From the NCBI GenBank assembly GCA_035221665.1, contig CM069158.1, positions 38,502,001-38,566,000 of the forward strand: a DNA stretch of 64,000 nucleotides, given 5' to 3'. The position numbers were made by a program, and so were the translations under genes. Origin of the DNA: Okamejei kenojei. Its lineage: Eukaryota. This document shows, in pieces, positions 1 through 13,127 of the stretch; within the stretch, counting starts at the first letter, position 1, and every line of letters starts with the position of its first letter. The notes under the pieces were generated by a model. That model was not told where the DNA came from. It worked only from the letters and a program-made list of their open reading frames with translations, and ran no database searches.

Positions 1-158
1 CTTTACTTTGCACTAATCGTTATTCCATTATCATGTATCTAAACATTGTAAATGGGTCGATTGTAATCATGTGTTGTCTTTCGTCTGACTGGATAGCACA
101 CAACAAAAGCTTTTCACTGTACCTCGGTACATGTGACAATAAACTAAACTGTAAACTT
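1..158 (+). mobile_element. 3' end of a non-LTR retroelement (Rex1/L2-like 3' UTR with AAACT tail)
   Basis: Reads aaaagcttttcactgtacctcggtacatgtgacaataaactaaactgtaaact. Reverse-complement relatives occur at ~11670-12025 and ~58135-58560. Confidence 0.5.
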
Positions 159-424
159 TATAAAGAAGCACCAGAGGTCGGGATTGGACTGTGGCTGTCA
201 CAGCTGCCTGCAATGACTCCACTGCTGCACCTCTATCCACACTCGGGAAAAGATTCCTGTCCAGTCTCATCATGGAATTCAACTTTGGTAAAACCAAAGA
301 TGGTTTCACCTTTGTTTTTTGTCCAAGGACTACATTTCATTCCTATCAGTGGTTGCTGGATGTGCGGTTCACACAACAGTAGGACCACAGGTGGGCTTTG
401 TGATGGACGGCAGGTGGCCCAGAA

Positions 425-753
425 TGACAGTAACATTGCCAGTAACAATGACAGCCGAGTAAGATTCCCAGTAACAATGAGAGCTGAGTAACAATCCCAG
501 TAACAATGACAGCTGAGTAAGATTCCCAGTAACAATGGCAGCTGAGTAACATTACCAGTAACAATGACAGCTGAGTAACATTGCCAGTAACAATGGCAGC
601 TGAGTAAGATTCCCAGTAACAATGGCAGCTGAGTAACATTGCCAGTAACAATGGCAGCTGAGTAAGATTCCCTGTAACAATGGCAGCTGAGTAATATTGC
701 CAGTAACAATGGCAGCTGAGTAAGATTCCCAGTAACAATGGCAGCTGAGTAAG
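425..753. repeat. 29-bp minisatellite, left part (GCTGAGTAAGATTCCCAGTAACAATGGCA), interrupted by a DIRS insertion
   Basis: About 11 tandem copies, mostly alternating AAGATTCCC/AACATTGCC variants. The ORF-track translations repeat with a 29-aa period. Confidence 0.95.
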
Positions 754-2315
754 ATTTTACTTCGGAGTCACGTGAGTGACTACGTGAATAGAAGCCCGTA
801 CAGCCGTTGGTGCGTCATGACGTCAGACGCTGGTGCAGTCGGCCGGTTGGAGCAGCAGCGCTCCTCCGAGCGGTAAGTTTAAACGGAGGTAAGGTTTTTA
901 AATTTTTTTTACCACAGGTCATTTTCTGCGACAGTTTGGAGTTCTGGTAGATATGTTGCAGAAAGTGAAGAAGGTGTCGGCGAGGCGCTCCGGGGGTAGA
1001 AAGGAAAAGTGGCCAGGAGTTTTGTCAACTCTTTATTTCGACCAAAAATTAAGTTACAGTGTGATTAATTCAGCCAGAAGTGCTCTGTCTTCTTATTTAC
1101 CTATGAATGCAAAATTGCATACAGTAGGGACACATCCGTTAGTTTCACGATTCATGAAGGGAGTTTTTCAATTCTAATCCTAAACCCAGGTATGCCGGTA
1201 TTTGGAATGTGAGTGAGGTTCTTATGGTTCTTCGCCAGTGGGCTCCGGTTACAAGCCTATCTATAGCCAAATTAACTATGAAGGTGGTCATGCTTATGGC
1301 GTTGGTTTCAGCTCAACGTGTACAAACGTTGCAAAAGCTACGGCTAGATAGAATGCATGTGTCGGCAGATGCCATTATATTTTATGTCTATGATTTGCTT
1401 AAACATAATAGAAGAGGCAAGACAGGATGTAAGATTGTGTTTTCAGCATACCCCGCAGATGATCGCTTGTGTGTAGTCTCACATTTATCTCGTTACATTG
1501 AGATTACTAAACCTCTGAGAGGAACAGAGTTGGCTTTGTTTATTAGTCACAAAAAAACACACAGTAAGGTGTCGGTGCAAACGATTTCAAGGTGGCTAAA
1601 GCAGGTCCTGGCAAGTGCTGGAATTGATACTGATAAATTCAAATCTCATTCCACCAGGGCGGCATCAACTTCCGCGGCAAGGGCGATGGACTTGCCAATA
1701 GACCATATCCTCGCGGCCGCAGGATGATCCAGTGAGCTAACTTTTTAGAGGTTTTATCACAAGCCGATTTCAAGGCTCGTGACGTTTGCTGATTCTGGTG
1801 TCAGTACTGTTACACTTTCCCCCTGAGTTAGAGGGGTTTGTTATGATTTGTTTGTAAATAAACTGTTATTCATTTTAACAAATGTATTACTGATGCATGA
1901 TTGATTGTTAACGACTTTTGAGTCAATCCAGGCAGTGTGAACGTCAGATTTCGGTCTGCGGCGTGAAATCACAGTGCTTTGAAGTCTTCACGTAGTCACT
2001 CACGTGACTCCGAAGTAAAATAGTAAGATTAAACGAGAACTTACCAGTTTGAAGTTTGATCTTTATTTTATGAGGAGTCGAGTTGAGGGACTACGTACCC
2101 TCCGCTCCCACCCTCATAGATCTCATCTGGTAGTTCTAGTTTTATCATCTTACCATTATACTTCAGTCATTGTTAGCTGAGAATTCATTCCGCTGCTTTG
2201 AAGATTGACGCACCAACGGCTGTACGGGCTTCTATTCACGTAGTCCCTCAACTCGACTCCTCATAAAATAAAGATCAAACTTCAAACTGGTAAGTTCTCA
2301 TTTAATCTTACTATT
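754..2315 (+). mobile_element. Internally deleted, non-autonomous DIRS1-type retrotransposon
   Basis: Inverted terminal repeats at 778-817 and 2206-2245. The internal complementary region 1987-2096 is the reverse complement of the left end (755-788) joined to the right end (2238-2313). Contains a tyrosine-recombinase remnant and has ATT at both junctions. Confidence 0.93.
953..1826 (+). pseudogene. DIRS tyrosine recombinase remnant fused to a basic gag-like N-terminus
   Basis: Motifs LSYSVINSARSALSSYL, HPLVSRFMKGVF, ALVSAQRVQTL, FKSHSTRAASTS and RFYHK, with frameshifts and stops (ORFs 953-1177 and 1209-1727). Confidence 0.88.
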
Positions 2316-2368
2316 CCCAGTAACAATGGCAGCTGAGTAACATTGCCAGTAACAATGACAGCTGAGTA
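2316..2368. repeat. 29-bp minisatellite, right part
   Basis: The repeat resumes in register (cccagtaacaatggcagctgagtaac...) immediately after the DIRS end. Confidence 0.93.
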
Positions 2369-4675
2369 TTCCTGCTCACCACCCAGATACATCACACTCT
2401 TGTCTTCATTGTAGTCACAGACTTGGGTCCAATCATGCACAGTTAGGTGGTATTTTGGTTTCACTGGAGAACCTGTATCTGTCTTGCACCAATTCTGTCC
2501 ACTTATTTTCCATAAACCATCTCATTGTTCCAATCATTTTTGCTGAGCATCACATTCCCTTCTGTCATTTAATGTCTAAATTAATAATTGCCTGAAAAAG
2601 AAGAGTATCGGGAGACTGGAGTTGGGAGCACGAGTAGATTTAGACAAGATCAAACTAACCCGAGGAGCTAATTGGCCCATTTCTGCACAATAAGATCAAT
2701 GATAGTGAACAACCACAAACGCTGTGAATTGCGGTGTATCGGGGCCATGTTTATCTTTCAACTTATCTAACCACAGTCAACTTTCTATGCCTAAATTCTT
2801 ATTCATTAAAATGTTTAGTTAGTAATGCCGTGATTTCAGAAGCAGTTTCGCCTCAGTACCGGACTGCTCCTTTGCCCAGACGCCAAGATATATTTTCTCA
2901 GTAATCAATCCCAACAAAGCAGATGTGTGTCCGGAGGCAAGTTCTTATTTCATTCCCTTTCACTGAGATTTCTGTGTTAACCAGCATTTATGATTTAGCC
3001 ATGCGATGCTTTGTTGGCCCATTATACCACATTGGCCAAGAAACTCACTGGCTCGAGACCAGAGCAATAGCCAATGTAGGAGGAGGAGATGGTAGAGAGA
3101 GAGAGAGGGGGGGGGGGGGGGGGCAGGCCAGATGTTAACCCAGCCAGCACTGCACTGAATGTATATTGGGGTGATGGGTTCACCAAACATGGTCCAATCA
3201 CCTAAGGACATTGTCCACAACCGTATCCTAACATTAGTCACGTATAACACACCAGAGGTTTTGTGATATTGAAAGGCAGCAGAGGTAATTGTAAAGAAAC
3301 TATGGATGTGTGTATTTCTACATTGGATAGTTTACTTTGAAATCAGAATGTTTTAGATGTCATCTCTTGTAACGAGGAGCCAATGTCAGGAATGTCTCCT
3401 TCGCTGAGTCCAGTGTAGAGGATTGAGGAGTGGTTTGATATAGTTTCATCATTTCTTAAATGTGGTCACACTTCAGATACTGCAAATGTACAGAATGACA
3501 TTGTCTCCCTCAGTGTGTCTCCAACAATAGAACAGTATGATCATAAGCATTTCAGATAAATATCTTGCTTGCCATTGTTAATGTAGATTGCTCTGTGAAG
3601 CTAAGATGCGACCATAATCCAGCATTCAAACCGTGACTGTTTGGCGTTTCTGTGTGGAAGCTAATGGTTTCAGTACTCAGATCACTATTAACTTATTTCA
3701 AGGTTAAGACTGAACGTGAACACATTGTCATTACTTGCTCTTCCCGACACACTCAGCAATGAAAGGCACAGTAAAAGACTGCCAGACCTTTGAACAAACT
3801 TCTCATACGCAAAGGATAAATTCCTTCCCTTCCAATCTACCTGGTTACAGTCCTTGCACTTTTTTTAAAGTTGTCCTTTCTCTGCAACTACATCTTTATA
3901 TTCTGCATGCTGTTGATTTTCTCTTCAGCATTACCTGATATACCTGTACATGGTATGATATACCTAGATACACGCCAAACACACTCACTTTACACAAGTG
4001 ACCGTAACAATCTGTACCAATGTCAATACCAACAATTTAGCACACACAGGTTCTCATGCAGAAACGAATAACTGTAGATGCTGGTTTATACCAAAGATTG
4101 ACACAAAGTGCTGGATTAACTTACTGAAGCAGGGTAAACAGTCTGGTGAAGGAACCCGACCCGTAACATCACTTATCCATGTTCTCCAGAGATGCTGCCT
4201 GACCCGCAGAGTTACTCCAGCACCCTGTCAGGTTCCCCTGCCTCAGTATAAAGTGTTTAGGCTTTGTAGTTCTTTGAGTTCATGCTTGGGTGCCGGCCAT
4301 CTTTCAGTTCTATCCCATTACACCATCCTTGATAGTTGAAGCCATGAGAGGAGTGTCACAGTTTAAACTGACCCCACCCCTAGCGACATCTGAACTTGCG
4401 CATTCAATGGAAGCTGCTGAATAGTGATGAGTAAGACATTCATTGGATATTCTCGTCTTTAGCTCAAAGTCACTTTGAATGGACACAACAGAGGGTGAGA
4501 CTTCAACAAGCCGTTTACGGGCCATGGTTCTGTCCTAATCTGCCGTAGTCAACAACAGCTGCTGTTTAGCCAACAGGACTGGGAACAATAAATCATCACT
4601 AGTTCTGGCATGGGTGGAAATGGGACAAAGCAGGAAAAATTTGCAATTAAATATCAATCACCTTTAATACACTGA

Positions 4676-6780
4676 TGGCCCTGTCCCACGGTACGAGTTC
4701 ATTCCAAGAGATTTCCCATATAACCATATAACCATATAACCATATAACCATATAACCATATAACAGGCCCTCTCGGCCCTTCCAGTCCGTGCCGACCATT
4801 TGTTTTCCCCTAGTCCCATCTACCTGCTCCATTCCCTCCATACCCCTCCATTCCCTTCACGTCCATATACCTATCCACTTTACTTTTAAATGTTAAAATC
4901 GATCCTGCCTCCACCTCTTCTGCTGGAAGCTCATTCCACACAGCCACCACCCTCTGAGTAAAGAAGTTTCCCCTCACGTTACCCGAAACCTCTGTCCCTT
5001 AATTCTCATGTCATGCCCTCTTGTTTGAATCTTCCCTACCCTCAATGGGAAAAAACGTATCCACGTCAACTCTGTCTATCCCTTTCATCATTTTTAAAGA
5101 CCTCAATCAAGTCCCCCCTTAACCTTCTGCGCTCCAAAGAATAAAGACCTAACTTGTTCAACCTTTCTCTGTAACAGAGTTGCTGGAACCCTGGCAACAT
5201 TCTAGTAAATCTCCTCTGTACTCTCTCTATTTTGTTGACATCCTTCCTATAACTAGGCGACCAAAATTGTACACCATACTCCAGAATTGGTCTTACCAAT
5301 GCCTACAATTTTAACATTACTTCCCTACTCCTATATTCAATGCTCTGATTTATAAAGGCCAGCACACCAAAGGCTTTCTTTACCACCCTATCTACATGCG
5401 ATTCCACCTTCAGGGAACTATGCACAGTTATTCCTAGATCCCTCTGTTCCACAGCATTCCTCAATTCCCTACCATTTACCATGTACGTTCCTATTTTGAT
5501 TTGTCCTGCCAAGATGTAGCACTTCACACTTAACAGCATTAAACTCCATCTGCCATCTTTCAGCCCACTTTTCCAAATGGCCCAAATCTCTCTGTAGACT
5601 TTGAAAATCTACTTCATTATCCACAACACCACCTATCTTAGTATCACCTGCATACTTACTTATCCAATTTTCCACCCCATCATCCAGATCATTGATGTAC
5701 ATGACAAACAACAGTGGACCCAACACAGATCCCTGAGGCACCCCACTGGTCACCGGCTTCCAACCTGACAAACAGCCATCCACCATTACTCTCTGACATC
5801 TCCCATTCAGCCACTGTTGAATCCATCTTGCTACTCCGCCATTAACACCCAAAGATTGAACCTTCTTAACCAACCTTCCATGGGGAACCTTGTCAAAGGC
5901 CTTACTGAAATCCATATAGACAACATCCACTGCTTTACCCTCATCAATTTCCCTAGTTACCGCTTCAAAAAATTCAAGAGGGTTTGTCAAACATGACCTT
6001 CCAGGCACAAATCCATGTTGACTGTTCCTGATCAGACCCTGTTTATCCAGATGCTTATATATATTATCTCTAAGTATCCTTTCCATTAATTTGCCCACCA
6101 CTGACGTCAAACTAATTGGTCTATAATTGCTAGGTTTATTCTTTGAACCCTTTTTAAACAATGGAACAACATGCGCAGTACGCCAATCCTCCGGCACTAT
6201 TCCCGTTTCTAATGACATTTGAAATATTTCTGTCATAGCTCCTGCTATTTCTACACTAACTTCCCTCAATGTCCTAGGGAATGTCCTGTCAGGACCTGGA
6301 GACTTATCCACTTTTATATTTTTCAAAAGTGTCAGTACTTCCTCCTCTTTGAATCTCATAGTTTCCATAGCTACTCTACTTTTTCCCCTTAACTCACAGA
6401 GTTCAATATCCTTCTCCTTGGTGAATACCGAAGAAAATAAATTGTTCAATATCTCCCCCATCTCTTTTGGCTCTGCAGATAGCTTTCCATTCTGGTTCTC
6501 TAATGTTCCTGAGTTTCCCGAGTTTAAAAAAAATCAAACTCGTGGTAAGCACGGAGAATGAACATAGCGGGTACGCCGGAGCTCGGGGACGTCTCTTACC
6601 GGCTCGTAACACTAACGGCAGGTAAGCACGGGAAGACGCGTGAAGATTTTTCAACATGTTGAAAAATGTCCTCGAGAGCCCCGAGTACCGACGAACTGCC
6701 ATTACCGTAAATCTCCGAGTTCGAATCGGGGCAAACTCGGGAGAGCTCTTGGAATTAACTCGTACCGTGGGACAGAGCCA
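4676..6780. mobile_element. MITE/non-autonomous DNA transposon (PIF/Harbinger-like ends) carrying a nested CR1
   Basis: About 35-bp TIRs: TGGCCCTGTCCCACGGTACGAGTTCATTCCAAGAG (4676-4710) and CTCTTGGAATTAACTCGTACCGTGGGACAGAGCCA (6746-6780). Confidence 0.8.
4717..6505 (-). mobile_element. 5'-truncated CR1 LINE (ORF2 RT region and 3' UTR)
   Basis: ORF 5469-6461 has NYRPISLTS, QHGF, DFSKAFDKVPH, GVPQGSVLGP and YAGD(YADD), and continues in ORFs 5303-5539 and 5066-5299. The 3' tail is (GTTATATG)n at 4717-4763. Confidence 0.95.
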
Positions 6781-8656
6781 AGAAGCATCTCAAGGTCCAA
6801 GTAATTACCAAATAAAGTCAACTCCTGAACTAAAGACCCCCTTCTCAAAATACTGAAGCAAAACCATGCGGTGCAGAGTGAAGTCGGCATCATAGACATA
6901 ACACACAACTGGAGATACAACACTGACAATCCAGCACGACTTTTGTTCTCATTAAAATGCGGTTTGGGGGGAAACAGGGTGAGAAACAATTGGTTGGTCT
7001 GTGTGTAAGCAGAATTATCTTTCAGATTATAGACACAAAATGCTGGAGTAACTCAGGGGGACAGGCAGCATCTGTGGAGAGAAGGAATGGGTGACGTTTC
7101 GGGTCGAGAAACTTCAGGATGATGTCAGAGGAGAGGGAAATACATAGATAAGGAAGTGTAAGGTGTGAAAACGGATGCATATTCACCTCATCACTCACTA
7201 TATTGTCAGGCCAGGGTTTACAGGAACCAGTGGGCACTGTGAGACCTTCTCTAAGAAGGAACAATTATTCCCAGGTAGCTTGACCAAGATGGTCCTGGCT
7301 AAAACCTTGGTCTCCTCAGCTCCACCATTCAGTTACCCTCTCTCCTCTTGCTGTGTGCTTTGCTCAAGGAGATCAGGATGTTGATCTTAACGTCAGTGCA
7401 GGCTGCCCTTGGTACCTGCCCCCTCACTGCTGCATTAGTGAGTCCATGCCCGAGGGGAGGAGACCTGCTTGCCTTTCTGTCCACAGGAGAAGGCAGGATC
7501 AGCATGGATACTTCCTCCCATGGCAGCCTTCCCCAAAATATGGACCCCACACAGACAGCAGGCAAGATCGGAATTGAATCCATGTTGCCAGGGCCATGAA
7601 GCAGCAGCTCTGCAAACTGTGCCACAGTGCTGCTGTTTCTCAGCAGGATTTAGATTGGAGGATGTTAGAGAGAGTGCAAGTTCAGAAACCAGGCTTGGAT
7701 ATGAATAGTTGTTTAATTATTGAACAAAGGGTGTTGGCCGAGAGTGGAATAACAACAGCAATGTATTGGCTGTTAAATCCTCCAGGCAGCGGGTAATAAA
7801 ACAAGGCTGGCATTTCCTAATTAGCAGCAATCTTACACTTTTTTTATAATGAATACATGTTTTTTTCAGCAAATTGCAAAAACAGTCCTTGAAAGTTACA
7901 ATGAATGTAATTCAGGGTCTTACAGTGTGAACAGTAAAGGCCATACTCATCATCAACATTTCCCAGTTTCAGAGAGAGAACATTTAATGAGGTGTTACAG
8001 GAACCGCTGCTGATAAAAGAACATTGCCAAGATCAGAAATAACAGCCAGAGAGCCTAGACGTCAACAACAGTCAGACAATTCAATAAAGTTGTTCACTGG
8101 TTGATGGATTTTCAATGTTCCCTGTGTTTCCATCGTTGCCCTCAGTCTGGCTGCACTGGTTACACTTGCTCCTTTTCTCCTTTTTCCAATTAGCTCCTTG
8201 CTAGGCCACCGCGTCAGATGTGCTGGGCACCAGGTAACCACAATCAGCTGGTGACCCTCTGCAGATTGAGCCCTGGCTACACAGTAGCTGCACGTGCAAT
8301 TTTACCATCGGGGTTGCCAAATAACTATCTGCATCCAAATCTCCACCAGAGGAATGCTGAAATAACTGGTGCGATGTCTAAAGCATCGGAACAAACCCAG
8401 TCCAATCTGGATCAGAATGTGAATGGGAGAAGGAATAGTCCCCATAGTCTCTGAAGGCAGTTCCACCATTCAATGACTCATTCCTGAAGAAGGCTCTCGA
8501 CCCAAAACGTCACCTATTCCTTCTCTCCAAAGATGCTGTCTGACCCGCTGAGTTACTCCACCTAAGGGCAGGCCTAAACTTGACCTCAACTCCGTGTTCC
8601 TGCCTGTTTTCATTACCTCCGATTCTCCCACTGACCATAATTCCATCTCAGTCATA

Positions 8657-8870
8657 AGGGGCGGAACGGTGGTGCAGCGGGTAGAGCTGCTGCCTCACAG
8701 CGCCAGAGATCCGGGTTTGATCCTGACTTCGGGAGATGACTGTGTGGAGTTTGCACGTTCTCCGCGTGGGTTTCCTCTTGGTGCTCCGGTTTCCTCCCAC
8801 ATCCCAAGTACGTGCAGAATTGCAGGTTAATTTGCCCTCTGTAAATTGCCACTAGTGTGTAGGCAGTGGG
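8657..8870 (+). mobile_element. tRNA-derived V-SINE (HE1-like)
   Basis: A-box-like ggtggtgcagcgggt, B-box-like gggtttgatcc, and V-domain tgtgtggagtttgcacgttctc...ctccggtttcctcccacatccc. Confidence 0.85.
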
Positions 8871-9114
8871 TACAGCCACCGGGAGTGGCCCTGGATCAAC
8901 CTAGTGAACCTCGACGCTCTCTGCAGGGAAATTACATCCTTCTTGCAATGAAGAGGCACCACAAGTTGCCGTCACCACAAAGCACAAGTGGCCATTGCCC
9001 CGTCAGTCTGGTTAGGCTTCACCTGAAGACCATCTCATTTGCATTTACCCAAAGAACGTGGGAGAGACTGAGGCATCAAGTTGCTTGGTTTTGAATCTGG
9101 CTTGGTCTGGGTAT

Positions 9115-9330
9115 GGACACAAAATGCTGGAGTAACTCAGCGGGACTGGCAGCATCTTCGGAGAGAAGGTATGGGTGGCGTTTCGAGTCGAGGTCCTTCA
9201 GACGAGAAAGGTCTTGACCCGAAACGTCATCACTCCTTCTGTCCAAAGATGCTGCCTGTCCCGTTGAGTTACTCCAGCATTTAATGTCTATTTTTGGTGT
9301 AAACCAGCATCTGCAGTTCCTTCCTACACA
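9115..9330. mobile_element. Inverted pair of Penelope-derived hammerhead short repeats
   Basis: gacacaaaatgctggagtaactcagc... is followed by its reverse complement ...gagttactccagcattt. Confidence 0.8.
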
Positions 9331-9895
9331 ATGATCCAGGTATGAACATGTTAACCCATAATACCATGTAGGAATGTCATTGTTCTATCTGGGACACATG
9401 ATGATAAAGCACCCTTGACCCTTGAGCTTTCCTTACAACATGTCCAAGACTGGTGTTGAAGCATTGATACTGAACACTCTTTCCACTCCAGCTTAATTTG
9501 CTCATCAGAATCGATCAATTAGAACAATCAGTTACAGCAATTGATACTTTTATTTGCTGACTGTTGTAACTCACTAAGCAATTCATTGGTCCTGAAGTCT
9601 TCAATACTTCACCTAACTATGTTTCCACGTTTGATCTACTCTTTGTCAGCAGCATTTGGCTGCATTTACTCATTATATGCCATTACTCCGGATGGTCTTG
9701 CTGCCACACTAAAGCATCGATCCATCATGTAGAGGCATCACCAGTCACCTCCCAGAGACGTCCTGACCTCAAGTTTGCAGTTTGTTCAGAGTTGCCTTTC
9801 CCTGAGCAGGGCAGCAGGCCAGATGCTGGCGATAGAAACTAAAAGCTGGAGTAACTCAGCGGGACAGGCAGCATCTCTGGAGGGAAGGAATGGGT

Positions 9896-9923
9896 GACGT
9901 TTCGGGTCGAGACCCTTCTTCAG
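9896..9923 (-). ncRNA. Minimal type I hammerhead ribozyme core (intact) in a Penelope-derived repeat
   Basis: Minus strand reads CTGAAGA-agggtctcgaccc-GAAA-CG-TC. Confidence 0.72.
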
Positions 9924-10169
9924 ACTAGTTAGGGTTAAGGGAGAAGAAAGATATAGACAGTGATGTGGAGAGATAAAGAACAATGAATGAAAGATCTGCA
10001 AAAAAATAACGATGATAAAGGAAACAGGAAAATTGGCCACTGTGTCCTCGAGACGGGGGGGGGGGGGGGGGGGGGGGTGGTGGAGAGATTCCAGCCCTGC
10101 TCCCTCTCCCCATGGCTACGCACTGACCCCTGCTGGAAAGTGTGAATGGTGACAAGGTTACAGAGGATA

Positions 10170-10326
10170 NNNNNNNNNNNNNNNNNNNNNNNNNNNNNNN
10201 NNNNNNNNNNNNNNNNNNNNNNNNNNNNNNNNNNNNNNNNNNNNNNNNNNNNNNNNNNNNNNNNNNNNNNNNNNNNNNNNNNNNNNNNNNNNNNNNNNNN
10301 NNNNNNNNNNNNNNNNNNNNNNNNNN
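10170..10326. other. Assembly gap (N run)
   Basis: Run of N. Confidence 1.
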
Positions 10327-10438
10327 CTGCCATCTCTGTGCTACTAAAACTCATATGCCAGTACATTGACACAAAAAGCTGGAGCAACTCAGCGGGACCG
10401 GCAGCATCTCTGGAGAGAAGGAATCTCTGACTCTCAGT

Positions 10439-10466
10439 CTGAAGAAAGGTCCTGACCCGAAACGTC
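10439..10466 (+). ncRNA. Minimal hammerhead ribozyme core in a Penelope-derived repeat
   Basis: Reads CTGAAGA-aaggtcctgaccc-GAAA-CG-TC. Confidence 0.65.
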
Positions 10467-11669
10467 ACCCATTCCTCTCTCCAGAGATGCTGCCGATTCT
10501 GCTAAGTTGCTCCAGCTTTTTGTGTCTATCTTTTTTTTTAATCAGAATCTTTTTTTTAAATTTAGTTTTCAGGACATAACAAAATGCAAAGTTGTCCATT
10601 TGTTACAGACAGAGTGTACAAAAAGAGTAAATAAAAAACAGCTGACACCAGTGCCGTTCTCTAACTTCGACAACCTGGTGAACAGTAGGCACATTTCTGC
10701 CTCACACCTACTGTACATGACGAGGTTTATGCATTCATGCAGGAGTAATGTGTGGATATTTGAGACGAATCTTTACCCTGACTGATCAGGAGGGAAACCC
10801 ACAGGATCAAACATGATGCTGGTATGGTCACCACCGCCTATGGCTTCCACATGCATTCTGCAGTAGCACACGGAACCAAAACCATCGGACATATCCAAGC
10901 CAAATCAGCCATGATCACATTGAATGGAGGTGCTGGCTCAAAGGGCCGAATGGCCTACTCCTGCACCTATTGTCTATTGTCTAATGTCTATTGCCAAACT
11001 ATTATTGAACATATTCCAACCAAGTGTCAGACTTCAGGAGAGGAACACTGCAATTTAGGGGACATATGGGGAAACATGGTGTCTACATAATAGAAAACAT
11101 CAAGGATTAACTGATAGAGAAATGGCGCACAGAACAGGTCCTTCAGCCCACTGTGTCCATGTTCACCATCAACACCCATTTACACTAATCCTGCACAAAT
11201 TTCATTTTATTCTCAGCAGTCGTATTCAGATTTTACCACTCACCAACACGCTAGAGGCAACCATCTAACTTGCTCAATTTGGGGGCTCTTGGGGTGAAAC
11301 AGGGGCCATGCGGCGGAAACCTACACAAAAGCACGTAGACTCCACATAGGTAGCACTGGAGGTGAGGATCGAACCTGGGTTGCTGGAGTTGGGAGATAGT
11401 TGTGCCCATGTGTCAGTGACTCGGCAGCTGAGAGGTGAGGAAGGTGTTACAACGGAATAACCGCACCTTGTTAACCGTGTCCTGCTGCTCCTGTGGATCA
11501 CATTAGAGTCCGTGGCCGACGGTGACATTGGTGCCAGAGGTGGCTGGAAATGTCAAGGGGTCTCGTTAGCTTTCAAACCTGATGGTCTCACAACTCAGAC
11601 GGAATTCATGTCATTATGTTTCATCGTTCAATCCATTTGCAACCCAGTTTATTTGGCTCCCCCTGTAAT

Positions 11670-12025
11670 CTCTGTTCAGTTCAGTTTACTGTCACGTGTA
11701 CCGAGGTTCAGCAAAAAGCTTCTGTTCCGTGCTAACCAGTCAGTGGAAAGACAACACAGGATTACAATCCAGCCATTTACCATGTATGGATACATGATAA
11801 AGGAATAACATGAATAACGTTTAGTGCAAAATAAAGCCAGCAAAGTCCGATCAAGGATAGTCCGAGGATCACCAATGAGGTAAATAGTAGTTCAGCACTG
11901 CTCTCTGGTTGTGGTAGGATGGTTCAGTTGCCTGATAACATCTGGGAAGAAACTGTCCCTGAATCTGGAGGTGTGCGTTTTCACACTTCTGTACCTCTGG
12001 CCCGATGGGAGAGGGGAGAAGAGGG
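11670..12025 (-). mobile_element. 3' fragment of a Rex1/L2-like non-LTR element
   Basis: Reverse complement of the tail seen at 1-158. It ends in gggaagaaactgtccctgaatctggaggtg...cccgatgggagagggg, which resembles the Rex1 C-terminal region at 53100-53180. Confidence 0.55.
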
Positions 12026-13127
12026 CCCCAAATCCTGCGAATTTATGGAATAAACCAAGTGCAAGTGACCCTGAACCAGAGTGGAGTTAACGTGTCTGAG
12101 CCAGGCCTAGTGTTGCAAGGGCTCAAATAAAGAAAGTGTTTGAACTTCTTCATGATGATTATTAAAATATATCACAGCTTGCACAAGGATTGCGAGCAAT
12201 AAACCTATAATAACATTGTATTATTAAACCTATTCAAACACCAGCACAACTCAGTTACTGGAATAACTTCTTTAAATATTTAAAAATATCAACTTTTACC
12301 TGCTGTTCTCTTCCATTCCCTTTCTGCTTGTGTTTTTATGAAATCTCATCCTTCTAATTCTGGACTTTTCCCTGAAATTCTTCTCTATCATTTTCCATGA
12401 AGAACACTTCTACTTTGACACTAATTTACCTAGATCTATACCCGCATCTATAACCTGAGAAACAGGAGGTCCCCAGTTACCACAGGAGTCCATTCCTGAT
12501 GAATGTTTGTAACCTGATAGTTGCAGGTTGGTGGGTGGGACAGAGAAGGTTCATGTTCAAAAGAATTAGGCCATTCGGCCCATCAAGTCTACTCCGCCGT
12601 TCAATCATGGCTGATCTACCTCTCCCTTCTAACCCCATTCTCCTGCCTTCTCCCCGTAGCCCCTGACACGCACACTAATCAAGAACCTATCAATCTCTGC
12701 TTTAAAAATACCTAATGACTTGACATCCACCGCAATGAATTCCACAGATTCACCACCATCCGGCTAAGGAAATTCTTCCTCATCTCCTTCCAAAAGGCAT
12801 ATCCTTTCTACCCTGTTCCCACCAGCAGAAGATGACTACAGTCCTGCCGCAGCTGGCAAATCTATCCCTTCTATTCCAGCGGTGTCCTCGGTAACTTGCA
12901 TAAAGTACAGAACATGTTTGAAGATGCTGCTGGTCACGACTAGTGCCCTGTTGTGCTATATAATCAACAAGCACTCCTCAATCTGATGGGGTACAATAGG
13001 TGACGTTTCACAGAGTGCTGGAGTAACTCAGCATCTCTGGAGAACATGGATAGGTGACGTTTCACAGAGTGCTAGAATAACTCAGCGAGTCAGGCAGCAT
13101 CTGTGGAGAACATGGATAGGTGACGTT

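Noticed and set aside
233-738. Cys/His-rich repetitive ORFs and a CRISPR-like appearance
   Set aside because: It is a 29-bp tandem repeat with no unique spacers, in a eukaryotic context with no cas genes.
3735-3790. SAMKG resembles the Sema6 C.MKGK exon
   Set aside because: It lacks the KLTW motif, the Cys and proper exon boundaries.
8657-8730. tRNA gene
   Set aside because: It is the tRNA-derived head of a V-SINE and runs directly into the V-domain.
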